Of a stretch of 38,000 bases of DNA, positions 37,906-38,000 are shown one piece after another. The notes under the pieces are model-generated. The model saw only the letters and a list, made by a program, of their open reading frames with translations. It was not told where the DNA came from and did no database searches. Source of the stretch: Octopus sinensis (lineage: Eukaryota); contig NW_021824697.1 in assembly GCF_006345805.1 (NCBI RefSeq), positions 1 through 38,000 of the forward strand, in the 5' to 3' direction. The translations under genes were made by a program, and so were the position numbers. Positions within the stretch are counted from its first letter, which is position 1. Every line of letters starts with the position of its first letter.

Positions 37906-38000
37906 AACAGAAGGCTGGAACTGGTGATTGCTGAGGGTTTAACTTGTGATGTCTGGTTCTTCATTAAAGCAGGATTTCTTTAAGGGTAGAAATAGCAACC

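Overview
AT-rich eukaryotic DNA, dense in microsatellites ((TA)n, (CA)n, (CATA)n, (CAT)n, (GA)n, (AAT)n) and decayed SINE/LINE fragments. The repeat landscape suggests a coleoid cephalopod, probably Octopus (inference; no taxon marker was checked). The only host coding sequence I can support is one 122-nt internal exon on the minus strand (30563-30684). It encodes (S)ARPGRPPKRSPSIHASPETLEKLKKSRLDGNEYQYDPRIY(G), the end of the dachshund DD1 (Ski/Sno/Dac) box and the segment after it. The rest of the window is therefore probably intron of a large dachshund gene. Nearly all ORFs in the supplied track are microsatellite artefacts. The most notable structures are: two R4/Dong-type RLE retrotransposon remnants sitting in (CATA)n/(TA)n arrays; a 383-bp fold-back built from two head-to-head tRNA-like units; a perfect palindrome with 91-bp arms; Penelope-type minimal hammerhead-like motifs; a 49-bp direct repeat bracketing a 2.2-kb block; and a ~1.34-kb tandem duplication that looks like an assembly artefact. 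There is no CRISPR array, rRNA or intact tRNA gene. Boundaries of degenerate repeats are approximate, and family names come from motif recognition, not database searches.
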